Shown here: positions 11,843 through 26,366 of the stretch, piece after piece
How positions within the stretch are numbered: position 1 is the first letter of the stretch
Layout of the letters: every line of letters begins with the position of its first letter
From: Octopus vulgaris
Lineage: Eukaryota
Direction: 5' to 3'
DNA length: 64,000 nt
Assembly (NCBI GenBank): GCA_951406725.2
Contig: OX597819.1
Location: forward strand, 36,704,001 to 36,768,000
Position numbers and translations under genes: made by a program
Notes under the pieces: generated by a model
Database searches by the model: none
Seen by the model: the letters and a program-made list of their open reading frames with translations, nothing else
Told to the model about the DNA's origin: nothing

Positions 11843-12111
11843 TGAAATGCTATTCACTGTTTATTCACTGTTTTCATCCAGTGACATCATTTTCCTCGTA
11901 TTTACAACGATACAGCATCACTAAAATCTATAATATAAGCTCTAAAATAAATATGTATTTGTTTATTCTTTTACTGATTTAGTCATGGGAGTGTGACCGA
12001 CGATGCCACAGCTCGGTTAAATATGAAAAAGATCTGGTCTAATTATAGCTAAATCAATCGATATGACCAAAGTAGAAAAGGTGAACACTGAAATTGCTTC
12101 CAAGCTAAAAA

Positions 12112-12347
12112 ATGAAAACAAACATTACTAGTGTAATTAAACATGAAAGTAGTGAAACTAGTACTAAATACAAAGGTAGTGACACTAGAACTAAATATAA
12201 AGATAGTATAAAAGTAAACATGATTATATTGTGATTACAGGTAAACATAAACGCGACAAGATGAGAGCTAAACGTACAGGCAGTGGGATTAAAGGTAAAC
12301 ACGAAAGTGGTATGATTACTGCAAAGCATCAAGACAATGTGACTATT
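12112..12347 (+). repeat. Degenerate ~27-bp minisatellite
   Basis: Recurring units such as actagtactaaatacaaaggtagtgac and attaaaggtaaacacgaaagtggtatg. Confidence 0.6.
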
Positions 12348-14274
12348 TTTACAGATAAACAGTACTTACTAATAAGGTGTTGGTTCTTGTTTGATTTATG
12401 GCATGCTATACCGGTAAGAGGTATAATTATGTTTTTGTTTATGAGAGAGAAATGGACCAAAGATAGACTTTGATGCGTATTTCAGTGATTTGATAACTAA
12501 TTCAAAATTCCCTCTCTTGAATATGCGGAACATCTGATCTCGGGATGAGTCGATGAATTATTTGTTTTAGGCAGTCTCAGCATAAATATGAATTTATTTA
12601 CATCGAATTTTGCAGACATATAGTGCAACAGAAAATAGCGGGAAATGAACCTAAATTTATTGATATTAGAACAATACGAACATGAAGAATTTAATTTTAT
12701 TAAACACACAGGTCAATCATTTTTGTCACAATATTTCGAATCAGTTGCAGTTAATGAAAGTCAGCATAAACTGAATTGAAATTATAAGCTACATTGTGGT
12801 GTGCCCCACGCAACCAAACGTTTTTTGGTGTCACATTAAAGATAAAGACTTAAATTACAACTTTAGTGTGATTGAACAATGATCAGAGTAATAGAGGACA
12901 TGTGTACTCTAATGGGACTTGAGCTTGTCTACTCTAGCGAAGTGACAGTATTCAAATATCCAAATGGTTCAGGGACCCACTTTTCAGAAGAGGTCCTTTT
13001 ACTCTGAAGTTCTTGTTTTATTTCATGTATTTTGTGCTTTAAATACAAGTTATGTATTTTTTATCTTTTATTAAGGAAAGAATAGGCTGGTCCTTGATGA
13101 TTTGGTATCACAAAAGAACTTGGAATTCCTGTTATGCATTACAACCAACAGTATATGATGAAGAAAACAACTAGTAAATAGCTAAGTCTTTTGATAGGTT
13201 AGATTGTTGATGACTAGTATATATTCTCAAGACCGATGGCATTGATTCAATATTCTGCAACAGTATCTAATTAGAGATAGAATAGTTATGGCGGTAAATT
13301 GTAGACCCTCGAGAAATGTATTTTCCAATTATCTCATTTCCCAAAATCAACAGAGTTAATCACTCTTTAATGTGGTATACTGGTTACAAATATTCAGCCA
13401 AAGTAGAAAAATGATCTCATAATTTTGGATTTATATGAAATACGAGGAATACTACATATAGTCGCCATCAAAGGAAGCTGTATATCTGATAAATGCTATT
13501 CCAATACCAATTATTAGTCGTTGGAAATCCTTCCTTTTCATTATGCAGTATCATATATAGTTTTGAAATATTCTTTCATGGTATTTAAATGAATTTGAAT
13601 CCTCAGGGGGAATATGTTCGATGTGTTTGCATATGTGATTTCAGTTACCTAGATGTGTTTAAGTTTATACAATAGTATGTTATAAAGAATACGTCGATAT
13701 CAAACTATTCTGCCAAATGACAAGATAGTTAGCCATTCTGATTAGTTCGTTTTTCTGTAGTCCTCGATTCAAATGACGTTTGACAGTTTTATATTACATC
13801 TCAATTTATTGATAGTTTAAAATATTTTTTATATCATTTCGCTGTAAACAATATTTTATACCACTTCATTTTAGACATTCAGAACAAATAATTTATTACA
13901 TTTCTACTTCTGATAAAACGTTAATAGAGAATGCCATTGTCTTATATTGTATTGTCAAGAAACATTAAGAATGATAGGTAAATACTCAAAAACATCTGAA
14001 TCAGCCGGGTATGTATACGCGTGGTGTCTCTCTCTCTCTCTTTCTCTCTTTTCACACACACATCACACACACACGCACATACACACATACACACACATAC
14101 ACACATACACGCACACGTTTATACTTCCTACTGTTTGCTAGTCTGCACGTCAGACTTGCTTGGATTCTGCTTGGATGTTTCCAGTATTCCTATGAATGTC
14201 GATTTTCCTATGAAAATATTCTTAGGGTCTTCATTCAGTCCTATTCTGTTTCTCGCGAAAGAGAAGCAAATTAG

Positions 14275-14277
<3 letters not shown>

Positions 14278-14345
<68 letters not shown>
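14278..14345. repeat. (GA)n microsatellite
   Basis: Direct reading. Confidence 0.98.
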
Positions 14346-14349
<4 letters not shown>

Positions 14350-14676
14350 GCGGAGGAATCCATTCTACTACTTGATTGTTATTCACCGATCCTGATATGA
14401 TCAGAAGCATAGTTGACCTCCGCAGAATTTGAACGCAGGCCACTGGAACATGTATTACAAAGCATTCGATCCGACACTGTAACAAATCTACTTATTCATC
14501 GCATACACATGCATACAAATACGTGTAAATCTAGCGGACAGAAAACCAATATTATCTGAGAAAAATTTCTTATCAAATGCCGGCTAATTAGTTACAAACG
14601 TGAGCTTCGTAAACAACTTCGAAAACAACAAAAGAAAGGCAAACGTTTGTGTGAATATTTTAGTTAGTTGGCATAC

Positions 14677-14768
14677 GTAACCGTAATAACGTATCCAGTT
14701 GCCATTCTGGTTTACCGTTGTAAAAGGAAATGACATAACACAGTGTCCCACCACACAGCATAAAACAA
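14677..14768 (-). CDS. Candidate 92-bp internal coding exon: end of a signal peptide and start of a mature secreted protein
   Basis: Acceptor catttctgttcttttgtgtcag, donor TAC|gtatgc; reads (V)VLCCVVGHCVMSFPFTTVNQNGNWIRYYGY in unique sequence; no homology check. Confidence 0.4.
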
Positions 14769-15939
14769 CTGACACAAAAGAACAGAAATGAAGGAGATTA
14801 ATTTAGAGAATATAGTATGAAGCTAGTCAATATGCAATCAAGTGAGTAATGTAAACAAAGTTAAGCACAATATACAGATTTATCAATGTTATCTTCTAAA
14901 CTCAGGAACTATGTATGTATGTATGTATGTATGTATGTATGTATGTATGTATGTATATTATATATATATATATATTGATATATATATTGATATTGATATT
15001 ACGAGTTAATTAAAATCGTTTTGTTTAAAATGTCTAACTATCATTTATTTTCTCTGTCAATAGCAGGATATTTCTTTTCGTTACTGAAAAGGATTAGTAT
15101 GCTGAAAATCAGAGTTTGATACAAAGAATTATCCTGCGAACGATTTCAGACATATCAGGTTATGACATTTACTCCTTATCACATCACATAGCATTTCCAT
15201 CTCTAAACAATTGTCTCTTTCATTGACATTAGCTGGGCTAACATAGTCAAGCGACTGAATCAGTTTCAGTGTTACAGAAATGTTTCTATATTTAATTACA
15301 TCCCTCTACATACTGAGATCAAATCCCGCTGGGGTTGATCTTGACATTTATTCCATCCATGTTTGATAGAATAATCATTAGCAATGTATTTCAATAATTT
15401 CATTTGGATGGAACAGCGATTTTATCTTAGAATCAAAATTGCTTCTAATATTGTATTTGTTCCAAATTGCCTTAATAGCTAACAAACTATATATTAATCC
15501 TGCTGTGAACGAATTGATTTTCTTGGAGCAATGAACATATATTTTAAGGTTACTCCGTTTATCCTTCAGACGTTTACATATCATAAAACTGGAACATTAA
15601 TAAATCAATCTCTAAGACAGCGAATTGGCAGGATTGTTAGAGTGTTGAATAGAATGTCTTGTCGTATTTGTTTCAACTCTGCGCTATGCGTTCAAATCCG
15701 AAGTGAACTTCGATTTCCATTCTTTTGAGATCGATGATAGTCTAGATCCAGGTCGATGGATAGGTGAGCATTCACGGGTAGAGTGGTATGCCTTGCGCTA
15801 TCCTGTTCCGGTTGATTGCATTCTGACAGCAATATCTGCAACGATACCGATACCAAACTATTTCGACCCAAGTTGGCAGCCAGACTTACCCTTGCATAAA
15901 TATCAAACTTACATGCACGAGTATTTGCTGATCTTTGTC

Positions 15940-16190
15940 AAAAAGACCTCCACATACACTTACAAACGCATAATCATCATTGATTGAAGAGGATCTACAA
16001 AATCAATACCATCTTTCTTGAAGGGATTCAGAATATCATGGGCACTGGCCGTTATTTGTGACAAAACTGTTGTTACCTGTTTAACACCGTTGTTGCTATC
16101 TTCAGTGTTCCAATGTACCAGAGACAATGACATATGTATCGTCAGTTGTCCAAATATGTCTCCCCAGTTGTCCAAATGAGAGTTCAAGAA
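15940..16190 (-). pseudogene. Possible highly decayed RTE-like reverse transcriptase fragment
   Basis: NNGVKQ...DGI...LFN..DDYAF across frames resembles RTE NGVKQG...LFN...ADDCAL. Confidence 0.3.
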
Positions 16191-17075
16191 CAGCTAAAAA
16201 GTTTTGTTCGATGGTGGTGTCTTCTGTCAGCAACGATTATACAGAGACGTTAATGAATTTAGATAAAAGGGAGGAGATTTACATGAAGTGTAAATCTACA
16301 TAAAGTGCAGTGAAATTTACATAAAGGGCAGTGAAGAGGGTTCTGATATTTTGGAACTGGTACTTCATCCGAAGCAATGAAACAAATAGCATTTCTCTCT
16401 CTCAAACAAAGTCAACCACAAATCGTCAGGAAAGCTTTTCCTCACAGTAGAAAAACTTGACCAAATTCACGAAGATTCCCTTCATAAAAATCTGCAACAT
16501 CTTTAGCTTTCGATTATACAAACAATCTAAGACTAAGACAAACTATACACGAAACATATAATGTTATATTTTAATGATTTTCGTCACGGTGGATGGCGGC
16601 GTTCATCATCCCCAAACGAATCTTTGAAAAGGTGGTAGTGGTGGGGGTGGGGGTGATGGAGAAAGGAAACCTCAAATCGGAGACCTAGCCTAAATCTTTG
16701 CAACAGAGTGATCTTTGTCAAAGGTAACCAAAGTTCCAGGTAGTGCTGATAAGACAGGCGATGGATTAAGTCAATCACCCAAGTAGGCATGGTGAGATTT
16801 GAACTCAGAACGCAAAGGCACAGAATATATACCACGAGGCTTCTGTTCCGTCGTTCACACATCTCGGTCAGTTCATCGTCCATGTTTGGTATCCATTTAT
16901 CGACCCCGAAAGAATAGAAACTCGGAACAAATACTGCTAGGCATTCTATTTTACGCTCAAAAGACTCTAGAACAATATCATTTAAATAGAAATGCTTTGA
17001 GTAAAGAAGCAGGTTCTTGCAGAAATTTTAACCAAAACGTTCAAAGTAGTCATAAGTTTTCTAAGGAGAGATCAG

Positions 17076-17539
17076 GGATCTTTCGGTTTGACCGGCAGTT
17101 TTTTTAAAATAATTTCCATGTAACTAAACACTTTTAAACTTCGTATACTGGTAGAATGTGTTTATAAAACATCTTTTTCTCTTGGCTTTATTGAGAAAAA
17201 TTCTATGGTCTGTATGATATTTGTCGTTTTCTTTTCTTCAATTTCTGCAATTTCAACCAATCAGTGACATCTATTGAGGTGAAAACATTCTGTGCTGTAT
17301 GAATATTCCCTCGTTTAAGAAACAGATTGAGTTTATTTACATTTGTGAAGAAAAAAAGATACCCTTCCCCAAACCCCTAACCCTAACCCTAACCCTAACT
17401 CTAAACCTAACTAACCCTAACTCTAACCCTAACCCTAAAACAGATTTCAATGCAATAGATCGATACTAGGGTCATAATTATGGGTGACACTTAATTATGA
17501 CACCGCTAGAAAAAACTGCCGTCCAAACCGAAAAGATCC
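17076..17539 (+). mobile_element. MITE with GGATC termini, internal (CCCTAA)n and 8-bp TSD (Merlin-like by inference)
   Basis: TIRs ggatctttcggtttgaccggcagttttt / aaaaactgccgtccaaaccgaaaagatcc; TSD gagatcag at 17068-17075 and 17540-17547. Confidence 0.9.
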
Positions 17540-17913
17540 GAGATCAGTACCTAGGAAATTATTTTTCACAGAAAGCTCCATTTCTATCCAGGTTTGAATA
17601 TTCTTTTATTCTTTTAGCTGTTTCAGTTATTTTGACTGCTGCCTTGAAATCATGGGCTGCTTGGCTTGGTTTTATATGCTAAAAGTATTAGGCGAATCTC
17701 TGAATGACGTCGATCGCAGGACTTATTCTTTGTAAGCCTGGTACTTATTCTATCGGCCTCTTATGCCGAAAGTTACTGTTATAATTATTCATAATCTCCA
17801 GATTAGCCATGTTCGAACAAATTTATGATCAAAGACGTTCCAACTGTGATGAAATCATTTGTTTCTCTACCTATGATTAGAGTGTTGAATATTCGTTTTT
17901 AAGACGGTAAACT

Positions 17914-18343
17914 AGATCTTTTCGGTTTGAACGGCAGTTTTCCTAGCGGTGTCATATGAAATTGCCACCCATAATTATGACCCTAGAATCGATCTATTGC
18001 ATTTCAATCTCTTTTAGGGTTAGGGTTAGTTAGGGTTAGGGGTGGGGTGGGGGGAAGGGTATCTTTTTTCTTCACAAATGTAAATAAACCCAATCTGTTT
18101 CTTAAACGAGGGACATATTCATACGACACAGAATGTTTTTTAACTCAATAGACGTCACTGATTGGTTGAAATTGCAGAAATTGAAGAAAAAACCCCACAA
18201 ATATCTTACAAATTATAGAATTTTCTCAATAAAGCCAAGAGAAAAAGATGTTTTATAAACACATTCTACCAGTATGCGAAGTTTAAAATTTTTTAATTAC
18301 CTAGAAATTATGTTAAAAGCTGCCGTTCAAACCGAAAAGATCC
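17914..18343 (-). mobile_element. Second copy of the telomeric-repeat MITE, opposite orientation
   Basis: Same TIRs; TSD ggtaaact at 17906-17913 and 18344-18351. Confidence 0.9.
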
Positions 18344-18871
18344 GGTAAACTATTTGAGAGGTGGTTCGACGACACAAACGTCCCTCTGTTGGTTCATTAC
18401 AATAGGATTCTTAGAACACTTGAGTTTCCTCCTCGATCATCCAACTGCGATGTTCGGATGAGAACCACTTTTTGGCTCTTGAATGAGGTTTACGGAGAAA
18501 CAAACGATAAGCATGTTAATTGCATTTTGAGTGCACAACGAAATGCAATAAAGTCATGAAACCTTTCTCAAAACGCCTGAATGCTTGCAGGAACATTTCT
18601 ATAAATATTATATATTCCGTAAATGATAAGCCAGAGTTATAGAAATATAGAATTAAAATTAAATTCCGAAATAATATTTACACCTGATAACCTTTGTGAA
18701 GAAAGCAGAAAAAAATCAAAAATAACTAGCTTGAAAGTTGTGACTTGACTGCTGTTAATAATTAAATCTAAATACTCCTTCGCCGATGGGAGAAGTATCA
18801 AGAAAAGCAATTACACATTTTTTGCCTCCTATTTCCGGCTTTTTCATTCTCCCTTACGAACACTCTCTTAC

Positions 18872-18875
<4 letters not shown>

Positions 18876-18966
<91 letters not shown>
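18876..18966. repeat. (CA)n microsatellite
   Basis: Direct reading. Confidence 0.98.
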
Positions 18967-18968
<2 letters not shown>

Positions 18969-19359
18969 ACACACATATTTACAGCCATACATATATATAG
19001 CTGTCTCTTTTATTTACTTTTCCTGAATCCTCAATATCATGGTGAAGGGTATTGTCACCCACTCAATTATCCCCTCCTATTTCCAACACCCCCACACTTT
19101 ATCTCTTTCTTTCTTTTTTCCACTCTCTCATTCTCTCTTTAACTCTCACTCTCTTTCTCTGTCTTTTTTCATATATATTTATTGCCATCAAGAAAGAAGA
19201 AATAAATGCTCCTTACAAGAGAATCTAAGCGCATGCGTATTGATTTTTCTATCTCTTCTTATCATTGAAAAGTGAAGACAACTTTTCAATAGGTTGTCGT
19301 GAATAAGAAGAAAAGTTAAGACTGTGATAAGAAAGCTGACATCTGTTGAGTGAAATGTC

Positions 19360-20110
<751 letters not shown>

Positions 20111-20414
20111 GAACATAAAGCTGCCCTTAAAACTCAAGCTACTCAAATGTACTTAAGGCGAGAATAACTGTTCGTAGCCATCATTAAAACAACTAACAGT
20201 AATATATTGTTACCGAAACTATTCTATTTCTGTCTCCTATTTGAGGATGCACTCTTGACATTCTATACAGTTGTAGAAACCATTTGTTACTGCTGACTCT
20301 TATGCTCTCTCGTTTTTACTATGGACTTTCTAGCTAAATATATGAGAATAGTTTACGCAAATATTATTATAAATTTTCGAAATATGGAACTACTTCAATA
20401 TTTATACCCACAGC

Positions 20415-20855
20415 TATGGCTGTGAGCTGGTAGTATCGTTAGCATGCTGGGCCAAATACTTAGCGGCATTTCGTCCGTCTTTATGTTTTGAGTTCAAATG
20501 CCACCAGGGTCGACGTTGGCTTTCATCCCTACGGGATCCATAAAAGAAGTACCAGATGAACACAGGAGTTGATGTCATCGACTTACCTCCTGTCCCGAAA
20601 TTGCTCTCCTTATGCCAAAATTTTAAACCAATATTTATATCCTCATTAAGGCGGCGAGCTGGCAGAGTCGGTAGCACGCCGGGGCCTAGTGCTTAGCGGC
20701 ATTTAATTCGTTTTTACGTTCTGATTATAAAATAGCCGGGGACAACTTTGCCTTTCATCAAATGTACCATTTGAACACTCTGGTCAGTGTAATCGACATA
20801 CTTCACCCCTACGCTCTGAAATTGCTGACCTTGCGTCAAAATTTGAAATCAATAT
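20415..20855 (+). mobile_element. Two adjacent diverged SINE group A copies
   Basis: Heads near 20417 and 20650 (ggcggcgagctggcaga), tails aaatttgaaa(c/t)caatat-like. Confidence 0.75.
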
Positions 20856-21058
20856 CTATAATTACATAAAGTTACAAGCTATTTGATCTCGGAATATTCT
20901 CAGACGTCTACTTCACGAATGCGTACATAAAACCGAATTGGATTAGAAAGAGATCCATGAAAGATTCTTACTTTATCACATGGGACTTTATGAAAATGCA
21001 TTATTTCAGATTATTTTAGTAAATATAAGGTTTTGCATCATGGAGTATTTGATTCTTT

Positions 21059-22221
21059 GGATCTTTTCCTTTACATGGTCAGCTCGATTAATTAAATTTA
21101 TTTGACTAAACACCTTGAAACTTCGTATACTGGTAGAATGTGTCATATAGAACATATTTTACTCTTAGCGTCGTTGAGAAAAGTTTCTATCTACGAAGTT
21201 ATTTTGTGTTAAAGTTGTCATATTTCGGTAATTTCAACCAATCAATGACATGTATTCAGCTGAATAAAATTACAGCTGTTGTTTGTCAACAACAACTTCC
21301 GGCGGTGTATATTTCGTTTGTCACTGTTATTTATGACATATTTCATCTCAGTTACGTTCGTATGAATAAATGATTGTATCTGAAGCACGTTTACCTCATG
21401 ACACCACCATAATCGTTCGTGCATTTCTACTGCTTTTAGGTTTTTTCTTGTTTTTCAGCTACTATTTTCGGAAAGACTTCCTCTCGTGCCCCGCCCATTT
21501 TCTCGCAAATTATTGTTTTTTAATTGTTTTGCCAAAAAACCCCAGCTTTTCGGATACGGAGATTCCGGAGAGTTGCCAAAAATCGGAATTTTGAAATTTT
21601 TTGCCCCTACTCCTCCCCTCCAATTTCTTCATTTTTCACTTTTTTTCCGTAACCCTAACCCTAAAACCCCAACCCCAACGCTAACCCTAACCATAAGACC
21701 CCAACCCTAACCCTAACCCTAACTCTAAAACCCCAACCCTAACCCTAACCCTAACCCCCTAACCCTAAAGCCCTAACCCTAAAACTGTAACCCTAAGACC
21801 CTAACCCTAACCCTAAAACTGTAACCCTAAGACCCTAACCCTAACCCTAAAACTGTAACCCTAAGACCCTAACCCTAACCCTAAATCCATAACCCTAACC
21901 CTAACGCCCTAAATCTAAAACCAGTACAAACGCACGAATGATGTCATAAATAACAGTGACAAACGAAATATATACCAACGATAGTTGTTGTTGACAAACG
22001 ACGGCAGTAATTTTATTCAGCTGAATACAGGTCGTTGATTGGTTGAAATTACCGAAATACGAGAACTTTGACGTGAAATAACCTCGTAAATAAAAGTTTT
22101 TCTCAAAAATGCTAAGATTAACAGATATTTTATATGACACATTCTACCGGTGTCCGAAGTTTGAAAGTGTTTAGTTACAAAAAATTATTTTTTAAGTCTG
22201 TAGGTGAAAAGGTAAAGATCC
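21059..22221. mobile_element. Larger foldback relative of the telomeric MITE, with ~250-bp imperfect arms
   Basis: ggatc/gatcc termini; about 21105-21340 is inverted relative to about 21940-22178; shares aaacttcgtatactggtagaatgtgt with the small MITE; no TSD seen. Confidence 0.8.
21649..21915. repeat. Interstitial (CCCTAA)n array with a higher-order unit
   Basis: ccctaaaactgtaaccctaagaccctaaccctaa repeated three times within degenerate telomeric repeats. Confidence 0.93.
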
Positions 22222-22795
22222 CAATTTCCTTTTTCAACACAGATTATTACACTATAGAACATACAAGTAACGACGTTGGTAATAAGAACCACTTTTCTAG
22301 TGTTGTGGGACAAAAGAAGTCGTTGGATATCATTTAAGAAAAGAAAAGAAAAGAAAGACACAAGAAAAAAGAAAACAACTGTGAGAGAAGTATGTCAAAA
22401 AAAAAAGGCGGGTGATTGTCTCCTTAACTGGGAATATTATAGAAGAAAGAGCAACTAAGAAAGAGGCATAACTATGCCTCTGGAAAAATGGATGGGCTTC
22501 GACGTGCCTTCATACCCCAAAAAAACCTGTAAAATACCTGACCAATGTGCTTTTCCTTGATGATGGAGGAGTATATGTGAGAGAGAATTTGGTCAGTAAA
22601 GCTGAGGACAAGAGACGATGGTAGTCGGAATTGGTGGACCACTCACTTGCTAGTGTTATGATATATGGAACAGCGGAATGCAGCGGTCATAGTTGAGATT
22701 ACTAGTGATAATGAGCCATGGTCTGTTTTCCTCTTTGCAACCAATATGCGAAGCTGGTGGGCGTACAGATACGTTATTTGGTGTGATCTGTGTGC

Positions 22796-22831
<36 letters not shown>

Positions 22832-24047
22832 GTCCTGATGACACTCGAATACTACAAAGTTATTCCAGAAATGCAACCCTATTGTGGGTGTAGAAAGAAG
22901 CGCAGTTACAGTGGTTGTGTAGGGCAAGGAATACAGTAGTATACGAAGCACTAACCCCTTGGGGCTCTCTGCATAGAGATGAGGAAAAAGTAGAAGTATG
23001 AAGACCAACGAATAACTACATGAAAGCATCCACAACATCCGCAGGCAATACAAAGAGCGGTACAGGCAACTACAACATCAGAAGCTTCTAGAAATAGCAG
23101 TATAAAAAGTAACAGTACTAGCAGTCCCCAAAATAGCAATATTCGTAGTAATACCAACAGGTACCAGAAAAAGCGGTATAGGCACACCAAAAACCCACTA
23201 GGTCTAGAAACAGCATATGGGGCTGCAATATCACTCAACAAATTTCTTTGTCTTCGCAGCCGTTTCTAATCATCATTTCATTTAAAGAAATGGAAGAAAA
23301 GCTAGTGTTTTGTATTTGTTTACATTGAATTCAGTATGGACGAGCAAGGAGAGGTGTTAACCAGAGAAACATAGCACTGCTAACATACCAAAATAAAAAG
23401 AAACAATACTTTTTTTAATATATAGAAAGGATGTAAAAGAAAAGTGAAAGTGAAACAAACTCGCGAATATAGTAACAGCTGCACGATAAAAACAAAAAAA
23501 CATCCTGCATAAAGTTCGGGAATGAGTGGGCACTCACTGAATGAGTGCAACAGGAAAATAACTAAGGAAAACCATGCAAAAGACGTGTGAAGCGTAGCAA
23601 GAGTACAACTACGACATGAATTTCACGGTCATTCGAGAAACAAACTTGTCCCTTGTGGGACAAATAAAGCAGTTGTGGCGGGAAATCACTCCACCTAATC
23701 TTTTCAGGGCTATCCAGATAGCTTCTTTGTCAGGTTGCAGTTACAAAAGTAGTTGCGTGGTCAACGTGTGTGAAAACAGTAAGAATTAATACTTTCATCA
23801 CCAATTAATCCCTCATCAACTTTTTCAAGTTCCTTTGAAGAGAAATATCAGAATGGATAGGGATGTGCTTTCTTTCTTGTGAATTTCTTAAAAGAGGGTG
23901 GCTATGGCGAAAATGTTTAGAATGGATGCAACTGCTCAAAGCATTCGTCTGTCGACCGGAGATCAACTGTTGATAGGAAGCACCTGCCGTTGGTAAGTGA
24001 GATGATCTTGCTCGCTGGTGTTCGTTGAGTGGAAATAGTTGGACTTT

Positions 24048-24468
24048 TGGCGATGAGCTGGCAGAAACGTTAGCACGCCGGGCGAGATGCTTAGCGGTAT
24101 TTCGTCTGCCGTTACGTTCTGAGTTCAAATTCCGCCGAGGTCGACTTTGCCTTTCATCCTTTCGGGGTCGATAAATTAAGTACCAGTTACGAACTGGGGT
24201 CGATGTAATCGACTTAATACCTATGTCTGTCCTTGTTTGTTCCCTCTGTGTTTAGCCCCTTGTGGGTAATGAAGAAATAGGTATTTCGTCTGCCGTTACG
24301 TTCTGAGTTCAAATTCCGCCGAGATCGACTTTGCCTTTCAACCTTTCGGGGTCGATTAAATGAGTACCAGTTACGCACTGGGGTCGATATAATCGACTTA
24401 ATCCATTTGTCTGTCCTTGTTTATCCTCTCTGTGTTTAGCCCCTTGTGGGTAGTAAAGAAATAGGAAT
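24048..24468 (+). mobile_element. SINE group A with internal tandem duplication (dimer)
   Basis: Second unit restarts at gtatttcgtctgcc; TSD tagttggacttt at 24036-24047 and 24469-24480. Confidence 0.92.
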
Positions 24469-24826
24469 TAGTTGGACTTTCTGCCTAAGCAAGACTGTTT
24501 TCTCCATGAATTTATGCATTTTATATATTATGTATACTTTTAACGTCATTCCATTATTTCTTCCTCCCGAATCCCCGAAACCCTCATTTATAAACTGCTT
24601 TTGTAATGTTTATTTCATGTGATGCCCTAGTGATAAATAAATCATCGTAATTCTCCTCGTCATGATGCGAAATGTTATTTGCTCCTACACAAACATAAGT
24701 AATGTTGGACACTCAAACATTCTAAACTGGTTATTAATCCATAAGTGAAATTGTCAGTATGTGGTAAGAAAACAACAGTAATATAAAAAAAAAGAGAAAA
24801 AGACTGCAATCAATGAACAACAATAC

Positions 24827-25230
24827 CTATTTCTTTACTACCCACAAGGGGCTAAACACTGAGAGGACAAACAAGGACAGAGAAACGGATTAAGTCGTTT
24901 ACATCGACCCCAGTGCGTAACTGGTACTTATTTAATCGACTCCGAAAGGATGAAAGGGAAAGTCGACGTCGGCGGAATTTGAACCCAGAACGTAGCGGCA
25001 GACGAAATACCTATTTCTTTACTACCAACAAGGGGATAAACACAGAGAGGACAAACAAGGACAGACAAATAGATTAAGTCGATTACGTCGACCCCAGTGC
25101 GTAACTGGTACTTAATTTATTAACCCCGAAAGGATGAAAGGCAAAGTCGACCTCGGCGGAATTTGAGCTCAGAACGTAACGGCTACGCATTTCGCCCGGC
25201 GTGCTAACGTTTCTGCTAACTCGCCGCCTT
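24827..25230 (-). mobile_element. SINE group A dimer
   Basis: TSD tcaatga(a/g)caacaatac at 24810-24826 and 25231-25247. Confidence 0.92.
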
Positions 25231-25774
25231 TCAATGAGCAACAATACTAACAGCAATATTGTTTTCTAATGCTTTCTCCTTCTCATTTTCTTCTTCCTCC
25301 TTTTCCTCTTCTTCCTCATTGTCTTCATCATCATCGTTATTTGTATTCTTGAACGCAAACCAATCATGCCGGTGCTGCGTTTAAAATCGCCCTCATATAT
25401 ACACGCACCCTCACGAACACACACTCGCCCACACACGCAGTAAAAAAAAAATCGATTTATTTTAAATTTTGACAATTGATTTTTTTCCTTGTATACACAT
25501 ATGCATTGGTCGATAGGTATCTATAATTTAACAATAAGCACAGAAATATATAATTTTCTTTAAAATAACATGATTTGATCGTCGTATTCATGCACACCGG
25601 TAAATGCACGTTAAAAAGTAGGACAGCATTGATTTCATAAACTTGGCAAATATCTCCGTATATGATATAGTTATCTGAGAAGCTGTATTCGTTCATTATG
25701 AACACGTTTTGCGAGTAATCACAGGAAACCATGCAAGCTTATGCGAGTTGCTTGGTTGGACTCAAGGTTATAAA

Positions 25775-26110
<336 letters not shown>

Positions 26111-26366
26111 GTGTAGGCAAACTAGGTAGAACTAGATGTAAGAAAGTATTTATATGGCGAGTTGCATATACAATTGTATGATATAATTTAGTCTCACCTT
26201 TTCTTCTATTATATGTGTATGATTTTATGTATGTATGTGTGTGCGTACGTGTTTATGTGTGTGTGCATGTGTGTATGTATATATGTATTCGCGTGTGTGT
26301 GCGTTTTATAAATTGGCGAAACACATAATCATCGGAGAGAAAATCTATAAACCAGGTAGAGACCTT

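Noticed and set aside
21649-21915. True telomere or chromosome fusion site
   Set aside because: Short, degenerate and enclosed by transposon arms, like the other copies
22951-23241. Hydrophobic membrane-protein ORF
   Set aside because: Antisense of a degenerate A-rich triplet tract
23708-23778. Plus-strand mini-exon (AIQIASLSGCSYKSSCVVNVCEN)
   Set aside because: No partner exons or recognisable domain; expected by chance
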